Positions 27,535 to 35,925 of a stretch of 64,000 nt of DNA are shown here, one piece after another (position 1 is the first letter of the stretch; the number at the start of each line of letters is the position of its first letter). A program made the position numbers and the translations under genes. Under the pieces are notes generated by a model. That model searched no databases. It saw nothing but the letters and a program-made list of their open reading frames with translations, and had not been told where the DNA came from. The stretch covers positions 1 to 64,000 of IMG/VR virus record IMGVR_UViG_3300014205_000180; one strand, given 5' to 3'. Source of the DNA: a virus. Lineage: Duplodnaviria > Caudoviricetes.

Positions 27535-28092
27535 TTACGCAGCACTCTTATTGATAGTTTCAGCTAATTCATTTATCTTTCTGGAAATTTTAGAAATTAA
27601 CTCATTCATGTCCTTGACAAATTCATCATTCTCAGAATCAAAATTGCGTAGACACTGGTTATAATAATGAACAAAAGCGCCAGAAATGGAAGATGGGAAA
27701 CAAACAACTTTCTGCCTGTCAGTATTAGGAGTCATCTTGTTTTCTGTATTTCCAGGTGCACCATTTAGTACAGGATGCACATACAATACATATGAATCGC
27801 CAGAAAATTCGACGAAATAAAATTCATCAAAATAAAACTTGATATTGTGCTTACCCTTTAATTTTTCAACATTAACAATATCGTTGATTTTATTGTTTTC
27901 ACTAATCAATTTCTTTAATTCATCAGTCATCAATTCAGGGTAATACTTATTAAGATAGATGTCGATATTGTTTAAGGAAGAGAAGAAAGCAACACTAGAA
28001 CTAGTGTTCTTAGTGATCTTAGTTAACTTAATTGTTAACTTAGTAATATCACCACTATCAAGTTCAAAATTATCATTGATCTTGAACTTCAT
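27535..28092 (-). CDS. hypothetical protein
   Basis: 185-aa ORF with GAGGTGGA SD. Confidence 0.7.
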   Translation of the reverse strand: MKFKINDNFELDSGDITKLTIKLTKITKNTSSSVAFFSSLNNIDIYLNKYYPELMTDELKKLISENNKINDIVNVEKLKGKHNIKFYFDEFYFVEFSGDSYVLYVHPVLNGAPGNTENKMTPNTDRQKVVCFPSSISGAFVHYYNQCLRNFDSENDEFVKDMNELISKISRKINELAETINKSAA

Positions 28093-28417
28093 CTTCCACC
28101 TCTTGTATTGGTTTATCGATTTCTTCTTCTATTTCTTTTTTAACAGACTTAGCAATAAATTTAATTCCATTATTGTTCAAATGAATACATTTAGTCTTTT
28201 TAGTTGATTCCGTTATGCCATATTTCTTACGAGTAAAAGCGAATTTCTTAGCATATCTAGGAACATTTTTTGGAATGATAAATTCCTTTTCTTCTGTCAC
28301 TTTAATTGAAATAAGCCCTTTATTTCTTAATTCACTTACATTTATACCCAGACTACTGGCCTCATCCATATTGATCGGTTTTTTCTTTATTAACAATAAT
28401 TGTTTTAATATTTTCAT
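28073..28417 (-). CDS. basic, possibly winged-helix DNA-binding protein
   Basis: ELRNKGLI...LNNNG pattern. Confidence 0.5.
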   Translation of the reverse strand: MKILKQLLLIKKKPINMDEASSLGINVSELRNKGLISIKVTEEKEFIIPKNVPRYAKKFAFTRKKYGITESTKKTKCIHLNNNGIKFIAKSVKKEIEEEIDKPIQEVEDEVQDQ

Positions 28418-29430
28418 AACTTAAATGTCTTAGCTAGGAAGTCTATCGAGAAAACATGATGAGCTATCATTCCGCAATTACTGTGAACCACATGTAATTC
28501 ACAATCTTCGCTGCTTTCTCCGCCCCAAGCATAATTAGGATAACTACAACCGTTTCTGGTTCCTTTTATATCTGACCTCAATGAAATAGAGCTATTTGAT
28601 TTAACGTGATGTAACCTAATATCAGACCTAGTTCTATCTGGATTAAAGACAACATACTCATGAAGATCATTAAATCCACACACGTAAACTAACGAGTTAT
28701 TTTCATTTGGTATTTTAGTTTGTTCAATCTTGGACCATTTTTCTCCATCATAAAAACTGGCCCATGCATGTTGATATGATCTAGACACATTTCTCATTAA
28801 AGAACATAATTTACCATTTTTATGGAAAAATGTTGGTTGAATAGCTACACCCTGTCCGAGATGAGATTGTTCAAGTGATTCACCAAATCTGTTTTTAAAT
28901 ATTAAATGATTATCTGATGATAAAGACCATAATTCGCAAATAGGATCTTTTTCTCTATACATTGGTATCAAGCAGTCATGTTGATTGCTAATTGGTTGAC
29001 ACCTTGCTAATAATCCAAACATATCATTGATCACAACCGATTCTTCTTCTATAGTATTAGGTGCATATTGCAATTTTCTAATAAAATCTTTTATACTTAA
29101 ATTAATATGATGATTTGAGCAAAATTTCCAACGATCTACTGGAGTAAACGGTACAGATCCATCACTGGCAACATCTTCAAATCTTGAATATAAAATATTA
29201 ACTCTTGATTCATGAACCCAAATTATCGGATTTCCAGTTCTCGGCTTGAATTCAGTATACTTACCATTGAAATAAATAAACGCTCTTTGTTCATCGGTGC
29301 ATTCTGCACCGCAATACCCAACTATTATTGATTTATCTTTACAAAAATCTATCTGTGGCAATACAATAATTGAGGCACAATGATTGAAACTATAATCTGG
29401 ATGACCAATTAAATCGATATTGTGATGCAT
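28414..29430 (-). CDS. BNR/sialidase-like beta-propeller protein
   Basis: NHCASI, GNPII, AIQPT, IPNENNS and SYPN motifs of BNR_2-type propellers. Confidence 0.6.
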   Translation of the reverse strand: MHHNIDLIGHPDYSFNHCASIIVLPQIDFCKDKSIIVGYCGAECTDEQRAFIYFNGKYTEFKPRTGNPIIWVHESRVNILYSRFEDVASDGSVPFTPVDRWKFCSNHHINLSIKDFIRKLQYAPNTIEEESVVINDMFGLLARCQPISNQHDCLIPMYREKDPICELWSLSSDNHLIFKNRFGESLEQSHLGQGVAIQPTFFHKNGKLCSLMRNVSRSYQHAWASFYDGEKWSKIEQTKIPNENNSLVYVCGFNDLHEYVVFNPDRTRSDIRLHHVKSNSSISLRSDIKGTRNGCSYPNYAWGGESSEDCELHVVHSNCGMIAHHVFSIDFLAKTFKL

Positions 29431-29449
29431 TTACATAAAATACATCAAA

Positions 29450-30100
29450 CTATACTGATAATTTATTACCTAAATCGACAGTATCATGTTGAGATATATC
29501 TTCAGTATCTTTAGTTTTATTCTTGGGCTTTTTCTCTGGTTCATTGCCACCAATTTTATCATCATACTTACCAGAATCTTTAATTGCTTGTTTCATCTTA
29601 GTAAGATGACTTATAAACAATTTAGATTTATCTTTATTATGTGTATCTTCTGGAACTTCCCCAGAATATTCATCCCATCTCTTCATTTTTTGAATTTCAA
29701 CTAAATCATCTATATCATAATCATGTGCTCTAGTAATAGTTGAATCATATCCTTGACGTTCAAAATATGCTTGCATTCCTACCAATAAATCATGATCACC
29801 AGTTACAATAGTTGAATATGAATCGTCAGTACCATCATATTTAGGTTTATGTTCAACTTTTAATTTACTATATATCTCTTTACGTTTATTATCATCTAAT
29901 TTTAAATTATCGATGAAACTATGGATATGGTGATTAATAGATGTTGCTATTTTACTGCTTAATAATCCAGGATTCTTGATTATATCACCAATTGATTTAG
30001 CAATGGCTTTTAGACCTTCATCGATAACAATGGTAGAGCCAGCCTCAATTATTTTAATATCAGATCCTTCAACTATTATATCCTGCAAAGTCCTAATCAT
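29450..30100 (-). CDS. hypothetical protein (possible head-internal protein)
   Basis: 216 aa with I-x-E motifs near the N-terminus. Confidence 0.65.
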   Translation of the reverse strand: MIRTLQDIIVEGSDIKIIEAGSTIVIDEGLKAIAKSIGDIIKNPGLLSSKIATSINHHIHSFIDNLKLDDNKRKEIYSKLKVEHKPKYDGTDDSYSTIVTGDHDLLVGMQAYFERQGYDSTITRAHDYDIDDLVEIQKMKRWDEYSGEVPEDTHNKDKSKLFISHLTKMKQAIKDSGKYDDKIGGNEPEKKPKNKTKDTEDISQHDTVDLGNKLSV

Positions 30101-30113
30101 GTTTTATATTTTA

Positions 30114-30332
30114 CTACGATCGATTTTTTATTGCTTCTAAAATAGCGTTACCGATTAATTCACTAATATCTTTTGATTCAATGCCTGAGTTCGCAATGTC
30201 AGTCAATTGCTCAAGTGAAATAGAAAATTCAACTTTTAAAATAGGTTCAAAACTATTATTAATTAATATTTTAGAAAAATTGATATTTTTAACAAGGTTT
30301 TTGGTGATATTCTTTTTCATAGCCTGCTCCAT
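30114..30332 (-). CDS. hypothetical protein
   Basis: 72-aa ORF. Confidence 0.55.
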   Translation of the reverse strand: MEQAMKKNITKNLVKNINFSKILINNSFEPILKVEFSISLEQLTDIANSGIESKDISELIGNAILEAIKNRS

Positions 30333-30367
30333 ATTTATAATATATACTCTACTTGTTATAAAAACAT

Positions 30368-31183
30368 ATGGCCAAACATAAAGTTCAAATCACTGAAGAA
30401 CAACGTATAGAAGAACATCTGCTTGGTAGTCTTGCCGATCTTCGCAATACTCGCATTAATGAACCAGTTTTATCTTTCAAAATTGGTGATAGAGTTGGAT
30501 ATGGATCATTAGACAAGACTATTGTTGATGAAATCCTTGATGGTGGAAAGATATATAAAATTAAAGTCTGGTATAAAAATAAGCCAGATCAACAAAATTC
30601 TGGTGTTGAAATGTATAACGGTGCGGCCAGATATGTAGCATGGCATGAATTAACTCCATATCGTACAAAGGAAGAAAATAGCGAAATTGAAATAATGAGG
30701 TTCGAAGATGATATTCAGTTAAATTTCATGCAGTCAGGAATAGACTCATTATTTGATTATTATTATCGAAATAATCTTAATATGGAACCTGATTATCAAC
30801 GTGGTCATATTTGGACTCTTGAAGACAAAGTTGCTTTAATCGATTCGATCTTTCATAATATTGAAATTGGTAAGTTCGTCTTTATCTTTACTGGCTATGA
30901 AGGAAATAGTCATTACGAAGTATTGGATGGAAAACAGCGAATGACTGCGCTTATTGAATTTTTTGAAGGTCGGTTTAAATATCGTGGAAAGACTTTTTAC
31001 GAAATGAATTGGCGTGATCAATCACATTTTGAACGTTACAAGATTAGTTATGCTCGTACTGAAAAGACAATGACCGATAAACAGAAATATGAATATTTTT
31101 TGAAAATGAACACTTATGGTAAGGCGCAAGATCCTGCTCATATTGAATATGTCAAGAACCTTTTAAGGAAAAAAGATGTTTAA
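30368..31183 (+). CDS. DUF262 (GmrS/ParB-like) domain protein with N-terminal SH3-like region
   Basis: PDYQRGHIW, LIDSI, EVLDGKQR and FLKMN motifs. Confidence 0.8.
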   Translation: MAKHKVQITEEQRIEEHLLGSLADLRNTRINEPVLSFKIGDRVGYGSLDKTIVDEILDGGKIYKIKVWYKNKPDQQNSGVEMYNGAARYVAWHELTPYRTKEENSEIEIMRFEDDIQLNFMQSGIDSLFDYYYRNNLNMEPDYQRGHIWTLEDKVALIDSIFHNIEIGKFVFIFTGYEGNSHYEVLDGKQRMTALIEFFEGRFKYRGKTFYEMNWRDQSHFERYKISYARTEKTMTDKQKYEYFLKMNTYGKAQDPAHIEYVKNLLRKKDV

Positions 31184-31451
31184 TTCAGAAAATTTTAATG
31201 ATATGCCGCCAGGATACTACTGGTTCTTCAATTCTTATATTGATGCTGACGAGAATGAAAAAATTATTAATAGAATCATTCAAATCGTAGAATTTAAAGA
31301 GCCTGGACCATATAAGTATGACAGATGGATTTCTGCTGGAAAGTATGTTTTAATGTTTGGTGATGAATCACTTAACAAGATTGATTATTTGATATCGTTC
31401 GGAAATAAAAAGCATATTAAATTCATTCCAATTAACGATCCAGAGGTATAG
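31176..31451 (+). CDS. hypothetical protein
   Basis: 91-aa ORF with PGYYW motif. Confidence 0.6.
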   Translation: MFNSENFNDMPPGYYWFFNSYIDADENEKIINRIIQIVEFKEPGPYKYDRWISAGKYVLMFGDESLNKIDYLISFGNKKHIKFIPINDPEV

Positions 31452-31452
31452 C

Positions 31453-31848
31453 ATGGACAAATGTGCTAATTGTCACAAGCCACGTGACCAACATCATGCT
31501 AAAAATAATACTTGCCCAATCGGCAAGAAACATAGGATTTATGGATATACTAATTTTTATGGTTTAGATGGTTCACTCAGTGATGAATACAGAGTGTATA
31601 AACGCAGTTTTGAACATCCAGTAATTGGACAATGCTATCTTCATAAAGGAAAGCCGGTCTACATTGTTGATGGTATATTGATATCAAATGGAAAAGTTAA
31701 AGACTGGTGGGGCTACAGATTAATAAACAAGGATGGAACTCTTGGAAAATCAGGTAATTGTCATGGTAGTGAATTTACAGAAAAAATTGCGTGTAAAATT
31801 ATTACTAAAGTGATAATTGATGAGAAATATTTTGTTGTTGAATTTTAG
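31453..31848 (+). CDS. hypothetical protein
   Basis: 131 aa with CANC...H...C motif and GAGG SD. Confidence 0.65.
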   Translation: MDKCANCHKPRDQHHAKNNTCPIGKKHRIYGYTNFYGLDGSLSDEYRVYKRSFEHPVIGQCYLHKGKPVYIVDGILISNGKVKDWWGYRLINKDGTLGKSGNCHGSEFTEKIACKIITKVIIDEKYFVVEF

Positions 31849-31861
31849 ACACCCTTTGCAG

Positions 31862-32635
31862 TTATTTTTTACGTCGATTTTTTGACATTGAATCATGATA
31901 AGTATTGTGTTCAGCCTCTGTTGGTGGCTTATATGCTTCAATTTGCTCTTGCGGAATAGTACCTACAAAATCTTCTACAGATTTACGGAGCATTAATACT
32001 CTAGCATACTGCGAATCTAACGCACATTGCAATCTATCGTATGGCGTTTGTCTTTCAGTTGCAATATCTAGCATATTTGTCATTAATTCGTCAGATAATT
32101 CTCTCGATTTTAGCCATTTTGAATAAACAGCAGCCGGAAATTCAAAATCAACAACTAATCTATATTTAGTATCAGATGATGATTCTACTAATGCTGAATC
32201 TATGCTAGACCTAAATTTAGTCGCATCGCCAATTACTGCATCAAATCCTTCTTTACTTTCATAGGCATTACCAAGAATAGTTGCAAAGACATCTCTATAT
32301 CCTCTAATAGTCCATGCAATAAGATCACGCTCAAGATTTGATGAACTACTATTTTCTGCTGCCCGTATCTGTCTATTAGCTTCATTAAAAAATTTATGAT
32401 TGCGTAAATCAGGCAATGACGAATGATCTTGCCTAAGTATTGATGGATTATTTTCTTTTAACCATTCTAATATTTCTGACTTTTTTACATATTCACCACT
32501 TATTTTCTTATTCCAATATCTTATCACTAAAAATATCGCAGATCCAGCAGCTATAACAAATAATGATCCAATGACTATTAATATACCATAGTCAGCAATT
32601 AATCCAGCTGTCTTTTGTATTGGTTCTGTATCCAT
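31862..32635 (-). CDS. N-terminally membrane-anchored helical protein (holin-like or lysis candidate)
   Basis: ADYGILIVI TM and LRNHKFF motif; layout like 13660-14508; directly downstream of an amidase-like gene. Confidence 0.55.
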   Translation of the reverse strand: MDTEPIQKTAGLIADYGILIVIGSLFVIAAGSAIFLVIRYWNKKISGEYVKKSEILEWLKENNPSILRQDHSSLPDLRNHKFFNEANRQIRAAENSSSSNLERDLIAWTIRGYRDVFATILGNAYESKEGFDAVIGDATKFRSSIDSALVESSSDTKYRLVVDFEFPAAVYSKWLKSRELSDELMTNMLDIATERQTPYDRLQCALDSQYARVLMLRKSVEDFVGTIPQEQIEAYKPPTEAEHNTYHDSMSKNRRKK

Positions 32636-33367
32636 TTAGATTATTTTTGGTTTTATAAGTGAATAAAGTTTTCCTGGCGATACTTTATGTGGCTTAATAC
32701 CACTGAGCATCCCGATTTCTTGCAATGCTGCTGTGCATATTTCACTGCAGAACCATTTAGTTTTACTTTGTGCACCAAAATGCAAAATCTGTGATAAAAA
32801 TATTCCTGACCAATCATACTTACAATCTTTTTCTTTTTCACAAAAAGCTTTAATTTTAATTTCATCAGCTTCAGAAGTTGGCAGTTCTATAAAATCCCAG
32901 TATTTTGGATCTGGAATTCTTGATTTAAAGCCAGTTTTCATTTTCCCATCTAACGCATTACCAAACCAAACACCGTCAGAAAATACTAATTCGCAATGAC
33001 TATAATCACTCTTGGTATAAAACTTGATAAGCTTATCAATAAACCCAGTTCCTTTTAAAAATGCTACTTTCATTTTTATATCTCCTGCCCTATATTTTAC
33101 CACTTCTTTCAATTTTTCTATGCCGTAATCAATGCATTCATAATCAGTTTCAATAAACTCCAATTTTAAAGGTATTCTTTCCTTACAAATCGTAAACAAT
33201 ACTTCATTGTCATATATTTCAACATCAAAGTAATATTTAGTTGTATTCCAAACGATGCCGACCCCACCGTTAAAATTAACAATAACGGTGGGGTCAACAC
33301 CAACTTCCTTAATTATCCTATGTGCAAGCTTGTTCATGCTGTCTTGCTTGGTCAAGATAATCGTCAA
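32636..33367 (-). CDS. permuted papain-like (NlpC/P60, YiiX/YebB-type) amidase; catalytic domain probably starts at ATG 33073
   Basis: YSHCELVF, KYDW and WFCSEIC motifs; strong internal AGGAGA SD before MKVAFLKG. Confidence 0.75.
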   Translation of the reverse strand: MTIILTKQDSMNKLAHRIIKEVGVDPTVIVNFNGGVGIVWNTTKYYFDVEIYDNEVLFTICKERIPLKLEFIETDYECIDYGIEKLKEVVKYRAGDIKMKVAFLKGTGFIDKLIKFYTKSDYSHCELVFSDGVWFGNALDGKMKTGFKSRIPDPKYWDFIELPTSEADEIKIKAFCEKEKDCKYDWSGIFLSQILHFGAQSKTKWFCSEICTAALQEIGMLSGIKPHKVSPGKLYSLIKPKII

Positions 33368-33569
33368 TTCTTTCTTGCAGTCTTCTAGCTAATTGACGAT
33401 ACAATTCAGCTGCATTGGCATGTGTTTTTATTGGTTTGTTGTCCCTGGTAGTTTCAAAACACTGGTATACGGTCCCTGCCCCACAGTCAGGACAGGGACC
33501 GTCACTATTGAAATGGAAGGCACCACATCTATGACATTGGACAAAACCTATGTCTTCTGGATTATCCAT
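33318..33569 (-). CDS. zinc-ribbon protein
   Basis: CHRCG...CPDCG motifs. Confidence 0.6.
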   Translation of the reverse strand: MDNPEDIGFVQCHRCGAFHFNSDGPCPDCGAGTVYQCFETTRDNKPIKTHANAAELYRQLARRLQERIDDYLDQARQHEQACT

Positions 33570-33600
33570 TTAACACCTTCAATTCTTCAGCAGTGAATGA

Positions 33601-33918
33601 TCAAAGCTTTTTAACTAAATTATCATAATAATACTTGCATGACCAATCATTCATCTTCTGAGATGGCTTTTTACCACGAATTTCAGAATAGAGAACAAGA
33701 GCAGAAGTGATTTCATTTTTGTTTCCTTGTCTGGTTGACATTAATGAACTGAGAGTGTCAATCTTTCTGGCTCTTGCAGCCTCTTTGATAGACTGACGAA
33801 GCAGGATTTGATCCCTGGACTTCAGTCTGATCAAATCACGAAGTTCTTTAATGATGCCTTTCCTGAGTTTTCGCAACTCAATCTCGGCATCAGTTAAAGT
33901 GGTAGTTGTGGTATTCAT
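33601..33918 (-). CDS. basic helical protein coupled to the Pth2 gene (start probably MNTTTT at 33918)
   Basis: ATGA overlap with the Pth2 stop and AGGAG SD upstream; ORF track gives 33601-33975. Confidence 0.65.
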   Translation of the reverse strand: MNTTTTTLTDAEIELRKLRKGIIKELRDLIRLKSRDQILLRQSIKEAARARKIDTLSSLMSTRQGNKNEITSALVLYSEIRGKKPSQKMNDWSCKYYYDNLVKKL

Positions 33919-34268
33919 CTTACTACTCCTGGGATACGATGATCCCATAATTTCCATTTCTTGAAGAGCCGACACGGCTCACCAATCAATGGAATGGTGC
34001 AAAGTGAGGTTGCTTGGTTCCCAATATCCGGTTCTCTGAACAGGACACTAGGAATATTGAACAGTTCTAAACGTTGAAATTCTCGTAATAAAGACGATTC
34101 ATCAGCAACTTGGCATAAAACCAAGTTGCTGACACTAGACGGAGCAGCACCAAGTTTTTGCGTTAATAAACCAGATTCTTGCGCGGCATGTGCCGCTTGA
34201 ACCATCTGCTGCGCTAACGGCAGATCGGTTCTAACCAGAAGATAGGTATAAAATTCGTGCTAAAGCAT
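33915..34268 (-). CDS. Pth2-type peptidyl-tRNA hydrolase with in-frame amber (TAG) at codon 3
   Basis: ATG CTT TAG CAC GAA TTT TAT ACC TAT CTT CTG GTT AGA ACC GAT CTG is in frame with ORF 33915-34205, giving YLLVRTDLPLAQQMVQAAHA...FREPDIGNQATSLC...LW, a complete PTH2 pattern. Confidence 0.8.
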
Positions 34269-34303
34269 GGTATTATTTTATAAAGTCGGGGCGGCTTTGT
34301 AAA

Positions 34304-34441
34304 TTATAGGATTTTGGCGAGGAAAATCCCGCCAATTACCCCAACAACAAGACCGCCACCAAAGCCAATATAGGTATTTGCATTGGTAATCAGTTTAACA
34401 AAAAATCCTTGAACCTGTTCAGTATTCTTGCCATCTGACAT
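34304..34441 (-). CDS. 45-aa single-pass membrane microprotein (not in ORF track)
   Basis: AGGAGATATACC-ATG start; MSDGKNTEQVQGFFVKLITNANTYIGFGGGLVVGVIGGIFLAKIL with GxxxG motifs; TAA at 34304. Confidence 0.7.
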   Translation of the reverse strand: MSDGKNTEQVQGFFVKLITNANTYIGFGGGLVVGVIGGIFLAKIL

Positions 34442-34477
34442 GGTATATCTCCTGACCCTATATTTTCTTAGCAATAG

Positions 34478-34550
34478 CGCCTCTATGGTGAATCGAACAC
34501 CAATTGACGAGATTTTAGAAATCTCCGCATTACCATTATGCTATAGAGGC
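34478..34550 (-). tRNA. amber suppressor tRNA (anticodon CTA)
   Basis: GCCTCTA/TAGAGGC acceptor, GCAT-AATGGTA-ATGC D arm, GAGAT-TTCTAAA-ATCTC anticodon arm (CTA at 34518-34516), TGGTG-TTCGATT-CACCA T arm, G73. Confidence 0.88.
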
Positions 34551-34570
34551 ATGTTGTTTTATAACAAACT
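34551..34570 (-). promoter_or_regulatory. TTGTTATAAA extended -10-like promoter of the suppressor tRNA
   Basis: Same motif recurs 5-10 nt upstream of many starts (2632, 7706, 16613, 21103, 26311, 30368, 35877, 47749). Confidence 0.55.
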
Positions 34571-34600
34571 TTGTTCAGTAGTTAAATACAAATATAAAAT

Positions 34601-34972
34601 ATGCCTAACGTAACAGTTTCTACTACTATTGATAATTTTATGCAGGCTGCCGATGCACCAGCAGCTAAAATGTCCATAGAAGACGTTAGCGCTGTTATTA
34701 CTACAAGTGCTACAAGTATATCTACTAAAACATTATCATTATGTAATTCTACTAATGATTCTGGATGGAATATCATATTACCAACAGCAGCCAGCGTTTC
34801 TGGAAAGCGATATACAATTAAAAAAGTCGATGCTAGCATCAATCCTGTCAGAGTATTAACAACAAGTAGCCAAACTATTGATGGATATACATTCTATGAT
34901 ATCATCAATCAATATGACTTTATAGAAGTTGAATCAGACGGGTCTAATTGGCATATAGTTAATAAAAACTAA
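34601..34972 (+). CDS. tail-fibre or virion decoration-type domain protein
   Basis: LPTAASVSGKRYTIKK...QTIDG...SDGSNW motif common in phage fibre proteins. Confidence 0.7.
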   Translation: MPNVTVSTTIDNFMQAADAPAAKMSIEDVSAVITTSATSISTKTLSLCNSTNDSGWNIILPTAASVSGKRYTIKKVDASINPVRVLTTSSQTIDGYTFYDIINQYDFIEVESDGSNWHIVNKN

Positions 34973-35877
34973 ATCTGTTTCAATTTAAACATATCAATCT
35001 CAAACTTTAATTTATTAATTTTATTTTGAGCTTCGCTAGCCATATCTTCAGCAGCTAATCTATCTCTGTAAGCAGATTCAAGTTGAGCCATTAGTTTATT
35101 AAGAACTGATTTAGTTGATTCAGTTGGTTGTTCAGAAACCGGTGCAGGTTCAGAAACAGGCTCAGAAACCGGTGTAGGCTCAGAAACCGGTGCAGGTTCG
35201 GAGGTCCAATTGCTGATTAGTTCATGGATACAATCAAATCTTACCAATTCAGCCTTTGGGGTATGTTTTAACACTTTTGTACATGCTGACCTTCCATATT
35301 GATCATTATATTTTACAATATTAATTAATTCCTTGATCCATTTACGTCTTCCACCCCAGAACATTCTGGTTTCATTATTAACAATAACAAATTCTTCAAT
35401 CTTAGAATCATGTTCAATTTTCTTTTGATCTTCATCGTAAAATGCTAATGCATTTATACCATTATAAACAGTTTGTTTTCCTCCATTCCAGGAAATTAAT
35501 GAAACCGATTTTTCATGACATTTAAATAGCTTGGCCTTAATAACTTCTTGACCATTTTTGAAACGAAGTATTGGATAGTAATTCTTACCGCACCACCCGA
35601 TGACTTTTTCTAAATTGACAGTATGATCGTAAAAATCATCTTTAACTTCAACAGTTTTATCTTTAACAATCACTTCAGTCCCCGCATCATTTCTGCTTTT
35701 CCAATATGAAATCTTACTAAGTGGACATCTTTCTGATTTTTTATGCCCAACTGGCTTAATAATGCAAGTATCTTTATTGATAATTGAAATAAGCATAGCT
35801 GGGACGCCATGCTGGAAATCTTTGCTAAAAGATTTAACCATTTTACCTATGCTATCTAGAGCATCTTTATAATCCAT
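34969..35877 (-). CDS. hypothetical protein with PVSE repeat linker and C-terminal coiled coil
   Basis: 302-aa ORF after TTGTTATAAA motif. Confidence 0.7.
   Translation of the reverse strand: MDYKDALDSIGKMVKSFSKDFQHGVPAMLISIINKDTCIIKPVGHKKSERCPLSKISYWKSRNDAGTEVIVKDKTVEVKDDFYDHTVNLEKVIGWCGKNYYPILRFKNGQEVIKAKLFKCHEKSVSLISWNGGKQTVYNGINALAFYDEDQKKIEHDSKIEEFVIVNNETRMFWGGRRKWIKELINIVKYNDQYGRSACTKVLKHTPKAELVRFDCIHELISNWTSEPAPVSEPTPVSEPVSEPAPVSEQPTESTKSVLNKLMAQLESAYRDRLAAEDMASEAQNKINKLKFEIDMFKLKQI
35128..35203 (-). repeat. 12/18-nt coding tandem repeat (SEPAPV/SEPTPV/SEPV)
   Basis: tcagaaaccggtg units repeated about 4 times. Confidence 0.75.
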
Positions 35878-35925
35878 ACTATTTTATAACAAATTCGTAA
35901 AATTATTAAATGTATTTAATTATGT

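Noticed and set aside
34428-34613. 61-aa plus-strand ORF
   Set aside because: It is antisense to the suppressor tRNA and its promoter, and has no recognisable protein features.
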